NCBI GenBank assembly: GCA_965178125.1
Contig: OZ237744.1
Coordinates: forward strand, 62,001-126,000
Origin: Bilabrum cf. latius
Lineage: Eukaryota
Direction: 5' to 3'
DNA: 64,000 nt
Notes under the pieces: model-generated
The model's database searches: none
What the model was told of the DNA's origin: nothing
What the model saw: only the letters and a program-made list of their open reading frames with translations
Part shown: positions 13,225-24,504 of the stretch, one piece after another
Numbering within the stretch: the stretch's first letter is position 1
Layout: each line of letters starts with the position of its first letter
Position numbers and translations under genes: made by a program

Positions 13225-13581
13225 ATGATGCTTGACGAGGCGTAGGCTTTGGATGATGAGGGGGTCAGTGCTGTGTTGTGCGGATCAGGGTCTGTATTGA
13301 ATGTACAGAGCGTGACGCCCGGTTCGATGGCCTGACGACAGTCGGTATCCATGGTGCTGCCTGCCTGCTCTCAGCCAGTATTTTTCGCCAGATGCGTGCT
13401 GTCACCGCAGAACGGCTACACGACTGATCAAATGTCTTCGTCGGCGTAAGCAATACAGCCAATACAATGAGGATCTGAACTTGAAGGCCAAAACGCCTCG
13501 GATCCTATTTGTAACGTTATGATACAACGAAAAACAGGATTCACGTGGACGACATTACACTTTGAGGAAAGAACGGGCGAT

Positions 13582-14978
13582 ATGGCTTTCCGCGCTCTTT
13601 TCCCCGCCACTGCCGTCGCTGGTGCCGCATCTCTGATGTACTCTAACCAGAAGCGCCGCGAGAACATGGCGCTCTCTGCGGTTGAGTCGCTGGAGCTGTC
13701 GCGCCCGGCAGTGCGTGCCACCTCGGGAGCTGGCGAGGGCGCGCACGATGCCACTTACTACATGAAGTGCATGGTTGGCGGTCTCCTTTCTTGCGGGGTA
13801 ACTCATACCGCCGTAGTCCCCCTCGATATTGTGAAATGCCGCATGCAGGTGAGAAGAACAGGTTGAAACCATGCCCCGCGTTTGCGACAGGGCACCGCAC
13901 TCGTGTCGCATCACACACACATCACCGAGGTGCCTATAGTCAGGCCGCAGCTTGATTATATTCTCAATTTGTGTATTTCTTTGGGGCTCATGTCTGAATC
14001 GAATGCATCCAGGAGCCCGCATCTCAGTTCGATGTGTGCACACTCCGCGACGTATCTTGACTTGCCATGGGCGATAGCCCTGCTTTGACGGTGCAATGAT
14101 TACCAGAACCAGCGATGTTAATATTAATACAAGAAATCAAGATGCTGTCGACGCTGTGTCTCCATGGCCTATCGCAGACTAACCCCGAGGTGTACACTGG
14201 TCTCTTCTCCGGTCTGTCCAAGCTGTCAGCGGAGGGAACCAGCAGCCTCGCCATCGGGTGGCTGCCCACCTTTATCGGGTACTCCATGCAGGGCGTGTGC
14301 AAGTTCGGATTCTACGAGCTCTTCAAGGACGTCTACGCCGGCGCCATCGGCGAGCCCAACGCCACCACTTACAGGCAGATCGTGTGGCTGGCCGCGTCCG
14401 CCTCGGCTGAGTTCATCGCCGACATCGCGCTGGTGCCCATGGAGGCCATCAAGGTGCGCATGCAGACTTCGCCCCCAGAGGCCAAGTTCCCCACCGACCT
14501 GGGCTCGGCCATGGCCAAGGTGAACGCCGAGGAGGGCACTGCTGGCTTCTACAAGTCCCTGCAGCCTCTGTGGGGCCGCCAGATCCCGTACACGATGATC
14601 AAGTTCTTCGCATTCCAGCAGGTGGTGGAGATGTTCTACACGTACTTCCTGACTCGCCCCAAGGAGGAGTACTCCAAGGTGACCCAGCTGGGCGTGACCT
14701 TCGGTGCCGGCTACATCGCCGGTGTGTTCTGCGCGGTGGTGTCGCACCCCGCTGACACGATCGTGTCGAAGCTGAACCAGAACGACAGCGCTACGATCGG
14801 CGGGATCGTGGAGGAGATGGGCATGTACAACCTGGCCACCAAGGGCCTGGGCGTGCGCATCCTCATGATCGGTACCCTGACCGGCCTGCAGTGGTGGATC
14901 TACGACACGTTCAAGACGATGGTGGGCCTGAAGACCACTGGCGGTGCCGTGAAGAAGGAGATCAAGGACTCCAAGTAA
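13582..14978 (+). CDS. SLC25A3: Mitochondrial phosphate carrier (SLC25A3/MIR1 family), ~355 aa, one intron
   Basis: Exon 1 13582-13848 (..GGLLSCGVTHTAVVPLDIVKCRMQ), intron 13849-14177, exon 2 14178-14978 (GWLPTFIGYSMQGVCKFGFYE, PMEAIKVRMQ, PLWGRQIPYTMIKF, SHPADTIVSKLN, MIGTLTGLQWWIYD). Ends TAA and has no in-frame TAG. Confidence 0.97.
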
Positions 14979-15550
14979 GTTCCTTGCGACGATTGCGTGG
15001 CTTCGTGGCGTGCCTGCTACCGCCATTCGGCGACTGGTAGGCCTGCCGCGCTGCTTGGAGCATGCTTCTGACCGCCGATTGGATCAGATGTGCTGTTTGG
15101 TCGTGTGCGCCCAGCCAACAATGCTACAAGGTAGCATTTTGTGAATGGATTAGGGGTAGTGGAGGGTGGAGTTCGGTGCCTTGCTGACTGGCTGGTGTTG
15201 ACGCCTACAAACGCTTCTGAACAGAATTTTTGTCGGCAGCGATACATGTCCGGGTTCCAGCTGTCAACTTTAGCTGCTTGTCGTTGCAATCCTTCCCCTA
15301 CTGCCCAGTGTGTTGTCGGTGGTCGACCGTGACAAGTACTGTGTGAGACTCAGGCTATTGTGGCTTGCTGGGTGCATACAACTCGCGAAATTTCATTCCT
15401 ACGCGATACCTATTGAATAACGATCGATAATCTATGGGTTTATGTGGCTCAGTCCCCATGATTGTTGTGCATTCAGAGTATAGGTTGCATGTTGCTCCAG
15501 ATCCGCATGAGCCACCCGATTCGCCCCCATTCCTTTCATCTAAAGGAACC

Positions 15551-17212
15551 ATGGGTTAGCCTTGGAACAGAGCTGGGCGTGCTGCTTCATACGGTCGATC
15601 CCCATCGGATCGCGCCAGGCTACTGGACCGGCAGACCTCAGACAGCTCCTTGAACGGTACAGCTTTGGTGAGTGCGCCCTTGGCGCCCGCTTCGGCTAGC
15701 CCCACCCTTGGTGCAGCCAGAGCAAGAGCAGGAAGCGCTGCATTTCCACGAGATCGTCTTCCACAGACGAGGCAGCGCTCGTCGTCCATGTAGCGCTGGA
15801 ACATGCTGCCGAAGGTTGCTTGGAAGGAGCTTGATGTGGAATCGGCCTTCCTCGTCGGAAGGGGCGGCTACGGGCGCGTTTGGCGCTGTAGACACGTACC
15901 TTCTGGCCGCGATGTTGCTCTCAAGTTGTATGAGCACCCCATGGGGCGCGATGCTGGGGGGCTGCGGCAGTACGCGCAGGCGGCCATCCGCGAGAAGCGA
16001 GCTCTGGTTGCCCTGCGAGATGTCCCCTTCGTGGCGGCAGTTCTGGGCCTCACCCTCGGCGGAGGCAGGCCAGGGTTCTTAATCGAGCTTGCAGAGGGGG
16101 GCGAACTGTTCGCGGGGTTGCAGGATGGGCCCCTGGCAGGCGGCACGGGGTTCGGTGGCGGTGGCGGTGCCTCGGGTGTCGGCAGGGAGCCGCCGCAGGC
16201 CCCGCTGGTCGCGCGAAGGTTCGCTGAGGAGGCCGTGAAGTTCTACGCAGCCGAGCTGACGGTGTGCTTGGAGGGCATCCACCGGCAGGGCTACGTGTAT
16301 CGGGACCTTAAACCGGAAAACGTGGTGCTGACGAGGGCAGGTCACGTCCGATTGGTCGACTTCGGGTTTGCGGAGCCGACCGACCGCAACGGGAGAGTCA
16401 AGGGGCGCGTGGGAACGAGGGAGTTCCTGAGCCCAGAGGCGCTCATGCCGCAGGCGCTGGAACTCGGAATCACAAAGGCGGTCGACTGGTGGGCGCTTGG
16501 CTGCCTCTTGTTCGAGCTGGCCACGGGCCAGGTACCGTTTGCTGCGGGAGCATTGAACAAGCACGAGGCATACCTCGACATCATTTCGAAGCCCCTAAGG
16601 TTTCCATCGCACGTGTCTTCCTCCCTCAAGGGCTTTCTCATGTCCTTGCTTGACAGAAACTTCGACTAGCGGCTGCGGACCGGCGAGCAGGTCAGGGGGC
16701 ACTCCTTCTTCCGAGGCGTCGAGTGGCCGCACGTGAGGGATGGCAGGCTAGTGCCTCCGGTGCCTCCCGTCCCACCGATGCCGCCGCTGCGAGACTCCGT
16801 GCCTGCCCCTGCCCCAGGGAACAACAGGCACAGGCACCAGGGTTCCCACTTGAGGCAGGAAGCCAATGGGGGCGGTGTTGGAGGCTCGTCTTCGCCCCAG
16901 AGAGGCAGCGCCCGCAGGGTGATACCGTCTTCGCCCTCGTCTTCGGCCTCGGCCTCAGCCTCGGCCTCGACGGGTCTATCCGCTCACTAGCGAGACAACG
17001 GGCTGCCGCTGACCAGCGGTGCTGCCGGCCGGTCTGGGGCCGGGGGTGGTCCTTCGAAGCTGGGGAGCCCGGCGGGGGCGAGAGCTGCAGCGCTCAGGTC
17101 CGTGTCTGGCAGGTCGGTTGGCCGGGGCTCTTCCCGGCGGGTGGTTCGCGCGGGCGGTTGGCCCGAGGATGGACTCACTGTGGACCCAGTGGTGCTCTCG
17201 GAATTCATGTGA
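15551..17212 (+). CDS. AGC-group (PKA-like) Ser/Thr protein kinase, ~553 aa
   Basis: Kinase motifs GRGGYGRV, VALK, YRDLKPEN, DFG, GTREFLSPE and DWWALG. Subdomain XI (LLDRNFD*RL..HSFFRGVEW) crosses the TAG at 16667. The frame opens at acc-ATG-GGT-TAG (15551), passes TAG at 15557, 15791, 16667 and 16988, and ends ..VLSEFM-TGA, resembling the PKA C-terminal FSEF motif. Confidence 0.88.
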
Positions 17213-17498
17213 CGTGCTTCAAAGGTCTGGAAGCACCCGGCGCCTGCCGTGCCCGTCCGATGGATGCGTATGCACGCGCAGTACTTTTTGCCCTTAGTTA
17301 CATCCAGCCATATTCAATTCGGCTGGCTCAGCATCAAAACAAGCAAAAATGTCGCAGGCCCATCAAGAAAGAGCAATCGCCAGCCCCACAACTTCCATGA
17401 TGCCCGTGGCGCTTGGCGGGCGACATTGCCAGCCAAGACCAACACCAATGCTCGATCACACACCATCCCAAAGCCAAGTTAGTCACCGAAACGACGCA

Positions 17499-19039
17499 TC
17501 AGGATGTATTGATAGGGTCGTACATGCTCCCTCCCGAGCCTCTGCCGCCTTCCGTCCTGGTCCCACTTGAATCGGCGGCCGTGGGCGGCGCACCGGCCCC
17601 ATCCTCACCCACTGGGGGCGGCAGCAGCAACGGCTGGTCTCCACCCTCCCCATGGATACTCGCGCCGCTCGGCCGCCGGATCGGATCACCGCCCCCTGCC
17701 TGCCCTCCTTCCTCCTCGTCCCCACCGGCCCCCGCCCGCCCACCTCCGGCCTCGTCGTTGTCGAACCCTGCGTCCTGCTCGTCGTACGGCCAGGGCCTCC
17801 TGCAAACAGGGCAGGAATCGTTCGTCTTGAGCCACTCGCGGAGCGCCTGCGCCCCGAAGAGGTGGTTGCAACCGGGAAACTCCGACACCTCGTCTCCTTC
17901 TCGGAACGCCTCGAGGCTGATGGGGCAGCTCTCGCCCTCGCCCTCGCCCTCCGACTCCGCCCCAGATCCGCCAGTCTGCTGCTACTGACCAGCGGCTGCG
18001 GCGGTCTGGTGCGCGGGATCCTCCCCTGCGCCCGCACCAGCACTCGTCACACCAGTCGTCTGGTCGTTCGGCCTGCCGCCGCCCTCCTCCAAGGCGTTCT
18101 GCCGCGCCCCCTCCCTGTCCGCAGCACGGTACCGGAACACCGTCAGTTGATCCAGCCGCTACCTCTGCATACGCCTGCGGGTGGCGGGGTCCCGGAGGGG
18201 AATATATCCGAACAGTTCCTCTTCGTCTTCGAAATCGAACCTTCGTCGGTACATCACGCGGTAGGCGTACCTACACAGCACGGCCATGCACGTGCACGCG
18301 ATGATGCCTCCGCCCACCGAGATAGCCACCATGAGGACCAGCTGGAACATGGAGGTGGACGTGCACGGCGTGTTGAGACGAAGCGACATGGACTCCGAGG
18401 TGGCACCGCAGGTGGATGGCGATCCAACGGTGTCATTTGCCGCGCACGTTCTCTGAAGCACGCTCAAGATGCCATCCTCGATCTTTTCGCCAATTCCATG
18501 TTGCATGTTGCACGGCCCGCCTTCGCAGCAGGAGAATGGAAAGCAAAACTGCAGCACGTCCACTAGATTCTCCTCGCCCGTGAAGGGAGATTTCCAGTCA
18601 GCGGACGCTGATACTACCGTGCACCAGCCCGCACCAATACCTGTACAAATATCGCTGAATGCATCCTAAGCCGCAGCATTCGGGGTGAGAGTGACCTGCG
18701 ACCGCCGAGATTGGCAAACGATTTGCAAGCAACGATCTCCAAACCAAGCACAAGCTGTGGCACCGCAGCACTTTGAGAGGGGCGCATCGCATTCAAACCT
18801 GTCGTGCTTACCTATCTTGCGTAACCGCCGAATCCTTGTGCGCTGCCAGAGGCTCGCAACCGTCGTTGCTCCTGAAGCACGTCAGCCTACATCGTATCAA
18901 AGTATTGCAGGTACGCCGATGTGAGATTGACATTCGCAAACAACTTATCGACATCATCGCTACACTAGCTTGCTTGTGAAGCCGGTAAAGATGCGGCCGC
19001 AAAAACGGCTGCGAATATTGCTATTGAACTCCCCGTCAT
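17499..19039 (-). CDS. Type I membrane protein with C-terminal degenerate RING-H2 finger (putative E3 ligase), ~474 aa, one intron
   Basis: ATG at 19039 with signal peptide (MTGSSIAIFAAVFAAASLPASQA); intron 18696-18811; Cys-rich ectodomain; TM segment (LVLMVAISVGGGIIACTCMAVLC); RING CPISLEAF..CNHLFG..WL..CPVCR. In-frame TAG at 18965, 18887, 18812, 18666, 18159 and 17982; ends TGA. Confidence 0.8.
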
Positions 19040-19269
19040 GGTGATTGCACCTGCAGTCCAACCGGGCTCAAGGCAACTTCAGGCAACTAAACCCAAACTA
19101 AATCCTATATTTGCTCGAGATAATTCAAATTTCACTCAAAAAATCGCAGTGAGTATGCAAAACCGCAGCAACAGGTTGCCCTTTCCCGGGCATGTCTGGC
19201 CCCGTCACGGAACCAAGAAAATGCGCGGCGCCGCACGCGACCAAGGAAACTGACGGCCGAATCAAACGA

Positions 19270-20385
19270 TCACGTGCTCCGTGCTTTCTTTGCGCCTCCT
19301 CCAGCTTTACCCCCTGAAGTCCTGCCGCGCTTGGAGCCAGCCTCTCCCCCCCCGTCCCCATCCATCCCGCCACCGGCCTCGTCGTCATCGTCCACCATCG
19401 CCGACGACGAGATCTGGATGCCCTTGCCGCCACCTGCCGCGGATGCAGCCCCCGCCAGTGCCTCAGTGAGCGACATCTCATACCTGGCTTGCTCGAGCTT
19501 CTTCAGGGAGTACCTGCGGTGTGATGGGTGGATGGGAGAGTCCGTTGTGATTGATGGTTTGTGCATACACACTCCAGCGTGCTCGCAGTTGCTGCAAGTC
19601 TGCAACCGCAGTGCACCGCGTGCATGGCACCCTGAACCTGCATACATATATGCACGGCTGGCATTGGCTAGTTTCAGGAATAGGGGCATGGGAGCAGGAT
19701 AACGCGGGAACTCTAGGAAGGAGGGCAGAGGCAGCAGGTTTGGTACCACCAGGACGTCTGCTCACTTCAGCCCATCGCTCTTCTTCCGCAGAGACCCATT
19801 CCGGAAATCAAACCCAAGAACAGCTGCAGACAGCTGCTCCACTGCCTCCAAAGCGCGCTCCACGGCTGCAGTGTCCCTCTTCGCAGCACGCCGGATGGCC
19901 CATCGGACAGACTCCCCGGCGAAGTCCAACACGCCCCCAAGGTACTCGTCGCGGCTGCAAGGCTTCACTTCATCCATACGAGGGATACGGTTTGTGCGCA
20001 GCCAGCACTGGAACACTCGCGCCTCGGCGTACTCCTCCAGGGCAGCTGCCAATGACCCATGCCGCAGATGGGGCAGTCTCTCTGTAACCGGCAGCAGCTC
20101 TTCGTTTGCAATCTTTACGGCCTCCTCGAGCAACTAGTTTGCACGATCATTTTCTTCTCGATGCAGACAATAAATTGCTACTTTGGAATTCTTGAGGACA
20201 TCCCTCGAACGCTTGATGATGCCATCTCGTACCTAGTCGTCGTCTGCCATCTCCTTCGCGAGGGAAGCGAAATGCGCACTGTCCACAACCTAGACGGCAT
20301 CAGGCACAGTCGCTGGCTGCGATGCAGCAGCCGAAGAAGCTGATGCGCTTCCTGTAATTCCACTCGAACTGCTCGAGGCGGCCAT
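19270..20385 (-). CDS. Translin/TRAX-family protein, ~287 aa, one intron
   Basis: ATG at 20385. Motifs VRDGIIKRSRDVLKNSKVAIYCLHR, ALEEYAEA, DEYLGGVLDFAGE and FDFRNGSLRKKSDGLK|YSLKKLE across intron 19514-19765. In-frame TAG at 20290, 20233 and 20134 in the N-terminal region; ends TGA. Confidence 0.92.
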
Positions 20386-20686
20386 GGCAGCAAACGAACA
20401 CTACTAGGAAGGCCTCAACGCAAATGTCCTGACTCGGCCCGCCAAGCCCGAAAAATTGATGTGAGAGCAAACACGGAGCCTCTGAATCGCGCGCGCTGAC
20501 CAGAGAACTGCCACTCTGAACGATCCGCTTGGAGCCAATCCGGCCTGACGAGTGCTGCAGCGAAGAGATGGCTGTGCACTGCGGCTTGGTAGGCTCGCAC
20601 TGGCCGGTTGGTTGGGCACCGCCGTCGTGCAGAGGAACGAATAACTCACAAATAACCGCAGCTGCTTGCTCAATACACGAATTACA

Positions 20687-23095
20687 TCACTCGTGAACAA
20701 TCACAGGCCCTGCCATGGTGGTCCTGGTCGGCAGCCGAGCCGCCTCTGCGTCTGGATCCCCCGCCCTCCGTGCCTCCTCCCCGCCCATGCCCCTGTAGAA
20801 CTTGCTGTACCACAGCGCCACGGGTTCTCGGAGGCATGCCTTGTCCCCCACACGCTCCTCCATCCCGAGCTTGTGATCCTCCTGGCTGTCCAGACCCGCT
20901 GGCTTCTTGCCCATCGACGTGAAGTGCATGGTGAACACCCCGTCGTCGTACCCCGTGGGTCCCTCCCTGGGCCTCCAGGCCTTCCTCGCTTCAGAATCAT
21001 TCGCGTGGGGCTCGTAGGGAATCCGCACCATCAGCTGGGACCCGTACAGGAGCTCCTTCTCTTCCGCTGTCAGGGGGCGGAAGTGCCCTGTGGACTTGGA
21101 CGAGCCATTACCACTGCCACCGACCGTCGCATTCCCCTTCGATTGATTCTCCTTCTCTATTTGCTCGTCACCGGCTGCATCCTTTGATTCTTGCTCACTT
21201 TTTTCGCCGGTCAGCTGCCTGCTGCTGCCAGCAGCAACAGCACGCCAAGTGCCGTTCCAGAACGATTTGACTACCTCCACTGGGGGCTACTCTGGCCACG
21301 TGCCATGGATATGCCGCGTTAGGGGCCGCAGCTGCTACTTGGCATTCTTTGAAGGCAAAGTCAGAAGCCCTCTACTCTAGGCCCCAGCGTCCGCTTCCGC
21401 GACCAATTCCTTGTCCTTGCCTGCCCCTTCATGGCTCTCCGCGCCTGCTTCCGTCCCGTTGTCCTTGCCTGCCCCTTCACGGCTCTCCGCGCCTGCTTCC
21501 GTCCCGTTGTCCTTGCCTGCCCCTTCATGGCTCTCCGCGCCTGCTTCCGTCCCGTTGCCTTCACCCGTGCTGTGCTTCTATACATTGCCCTTACCTTGCC
21601 CCGTTCGCTTCGCCCTCCTCTCCGCAGCCAGCTCGTAGAACCTCCTCAGGGGAGGCAGCGGCTTGTCCACGGGCCTGCCCTTGCCGCAGGGCACGGGCAG
21701 CGCGGGGTCGCACCCGATGGCCCGGAGGTACCCCGGGATGGCCTCTTTCTTGTCATAGTCGAACCCGGGCGGGTGCATGGGCGGGCCGTACCACTCGTCA
21801 TACGCCGCGCTCGGTGGCCGCGCCTCCCTCTCTTTCTTGGAGGCGTTGAGGGGCGCGGGCCAGCGCATCCTCAGCCTGGCCAGGAGGTCGAATTCCACCT
21901 TGCGCCTGGCACGGGAATGCTCGGGGGCGGACCGAAGTATGCGCTCTTCGCGTGGGGTTGCAACCGCCCGCCAGGGCTCTGCGAATCCGGCCTCCACCGC
22001 GCTAGCCCGGGACAATCCCAGCCACTTGGAGTTGCACACACACATGTAGGCGATCTGGTCGTACCTGGGGTCCAGGAAATGGATCAGGGGCATGCCTTTC
22101 TGCCTCCTCTCCAGCTCCTTCTCGGGCAAATAGCCCTTGGGTATGGCGGCCGGTGCCCCCTTCCTGGGGTCCTTCCGCTGCCCCTTGGCGTAGTCGGGGT
22201 CGACGTACTGGACGTTGGGAATGTAGCCGTGGTCCTGGTCTGCAGTGTAGGGCCAGTAGTCTGTAGGGTCACCCTCGTGCCACGTCTTAGTGTACACCGA
22301 CCGAATGACGGCCATGTCTCCCTGCCGCCACTCCTCCTTCTGTGGGAGTGGCTTGTGCATCATGTCCTCGAAGAACTTGATCCTTTCCTTGGACGGCTTG
22401 AGGCTCCAGGTGCCCCCGCCCACCTTGCCGCCCTCGTTCTCGTTGCAAGCGTTCCCAGTTAGCGCGCAGATGAGCTCGTCATCCGTGAGCAGCAGGTGGT
22501 CTATGTTCCTCTGCACGATGATGTCCGAGTCCATCCAGAGCACCTTGTCAAACTCGTAAAAGCCCCACACCTTGAGCTTGCTGAGAGCCACGCCCCAGAA
22601 CGTGTTCAGCCCGCCCGCTACCTGTTTATTGTACTTTGTTTCTTTGAAGGCGTCTACCACTCGCACTTGGACGCCGAGCCGGTGAAACGCACGCAAATAC
22701 GCAGGTGAGGCCACTGCAAGCGGGCTCCTCGATGAGCCACACGATGTCTCGCCTTGCAGCAGCACGCTTTCCGCGTTCATCTTGCAGTACTGTGAACCCG
22801 TTGTTGGCTGGACTAGCATCGCAATTAGATTCGGTACCTGAGTTCCTACGTCCCGAAGACTCTGGAAGAGAGCCACGGCATTTCTGGCCGAATCGTCAGT
22901 TGCTGCCATCGTAACTATAGCTTTTCTCGACAGGTCGCTAGTCGCTAGCATTGCAGACATGAGACCACTGGATCGTAAATTGCGGCTGCTTCCATTAATT
23001 GCAGGGCGTGAAGGCCCAGAACTAGTATGCAATCCAACGGAGACTGGTGTGTACGCCACACAAACGGCTACTGCTACAACCCAAGCTAGCCCCAT
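20687..23095 (-). CDS. Glycosyltransferase family 8 protein with long C-terminal extension, ~802 aa
   Basis: N-terminal hydrophobic leader MGLAWVVAVAVCVAY and GT8 motif KLKVWGFYEFDKVLWMDSDIIVQRNIDHLL (DxD). The frame continues through TAG at 21578, 21377, 21335 and 21287 into the 20687-21280 ORF; ends TGA. Confidence 0.82.
21411..21554. repeat. 48-bp tandem repeat x3 within the GT8 gene (encodes NGTEAGAES[H/R]EGAGKD)
   Basis: Units start at 21411, 21459 and 21507 and are identical except for one substitution in the middle unit. Confidence 0.95.
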
Positions 23096-23253
23096 ACTGG
23101 AGTATGTTTCCAAGACCCTGGAGCAAGAGAAATCAAGCAAGGAAAGAAATAAAATCACGAGAGAGAGAGAATAGATATATATGTATCAAAGCACACACTA
23201 CCCAACTGCAACGACCACCCCGTGGGGCAATCGCATCAGGTAGGTCGAACGGA

Positions 23254-23740
23254 TCAGCAGGCTAACGCCGCAGGGTTCGCAAGCTGGGCTGCTCCTCCGT
23301 GGGGGTTCTGCGTTGCTTGCAATCCTTCGGCGTTCGCATTGCCTTCGTGTTCGATCGCGTCCGGATCAGCTGCCTGATCTGCTGCCTCACCATCAGCTCC
23401 TGCCGCAGGTGCGACGTTCACTGGTGGTATGACAGGCTCTTCAGCTGCCTCCAAACCCATGCCCTACGCACCGCCAGCCCCACCAGCCTGCTGCAGTGCC
23501 GCTCCGAGCTGCGCAGCCTCCGCTGCCACTTGCTCGTCCACTTGACCACCAGCTCCTGCTGCGGCCACTCCTTGTACACCAGTTGGTGCCATCTGCTTCA
23601 GCTGCTCACAAACGTTAAGGTTGAATTTGTTCGTGAAAGCGGCGTTCCGCATGGCCACCAGTCTGGCAATATCCCTGGCCCAGAACCTGACCTGGGCATC
23701 CACTGACTTGCTCCCGTTCTTCCCCAGTCGCTTTCGCCTG
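23254..23740 (-). CDS. Hypothetical Ala/Gln/Glu-rich ORF segment, 5' structure unresolved
   Basis: ORFs 23464-23703 and 23254-23460 share a frame, joined by TAG at 23464, and end TGA. A pyrimidine tract and CAG near 23738 look like a splice acceptor, but no clean upstream exon could be joined. Confidence 0.35.
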
Positions 23741-23988
23741 ATGCGTGCAAGCAGCTAGAGCAAGAGAGAGAGAGAGAAAATAGAGTTTTTGCACGCAATT
23801 CAATACCAGAGACAATCCGAGGACTGCCACCAAAGTAACGCGCACCTTAACAGGGGACCCAGCTGTACCCGCGTTGGCGGAGCCAGTCAGGACCTGAAAA
23901 GGCCTCTGAAGAAATAGTTGGTCTGGTTAAGACCGATACATGCCTAGGACCCGTGTCCTAAGCGCATCGCGTTGAGATCTCCTGGGAG

Positions 23989-24504
23989 TCAGACCCAGTC
24001 GAACGTCCGCAGTGAGGGAGCATGCGCGAGGAAGGCCTGGCGAGGCGTGAGGCGTTCAGCCTCTCGCCACCAGACCGCCACATAGTCCGCCTCTAGGACT
24101 TGTTGCCTGCTCCAGATCCGGGAGCGTGCTAGCCTTGCCGTTCCCTTCGCCCAGATGCGTTCTAGCACCTGAAGCTCCTTGCTGAGGGCGCAACGGCCCA
24201 GCGTTCCTGTCATCCACTCTCCGATGAACTAGTTCTCGGAGGGATTCAGTATGTGTCCGAGCGGTTGGGCTCGGATTGCAAGGTCTCGGGCTGTTGGGCT
24301 GCCCGAGCTGAGTTGTTCAGCTACGCACAGTTGGCAGGACTACAACCCCTCGATGGCTCGTCCGAAGCTCTCATTGGCCCTCTGCTACAAGCGTCGGATT
24401 GCACGTCGGCACCGTTCTTGGAGTTGTTCGAGGGTGCCTTGGACGATAGAGAGCTCCAAGGAGTCTGCGTCCCCTCGGTGTTCCTGTGTCAGCACCTGCT
24501 TTCG
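23989..24504 (-). CDS. Possible hypothetical ORF or gene relic (~170 codons with TAG read as sense)
   Basis: Frame free of TAA/TGA from 24504 to the TGA at 23989, with TAG at 24385, 24340 and 24229. No recognisable motif or clear start. Confidence 0.25.

Noticed and set aside
21411-21554. CRISPR-like array
   Set aside because: Contiguous tandem units without unique spacers, inside a eukaryotic CDS.
23158-23776. Short (GA)n tracts at ~23158-23170 and ~23763-23776
   Set aside because: Ordinary short microsatellites or polypyrimidine tracts on the minus strand; no evidence they are element termini.
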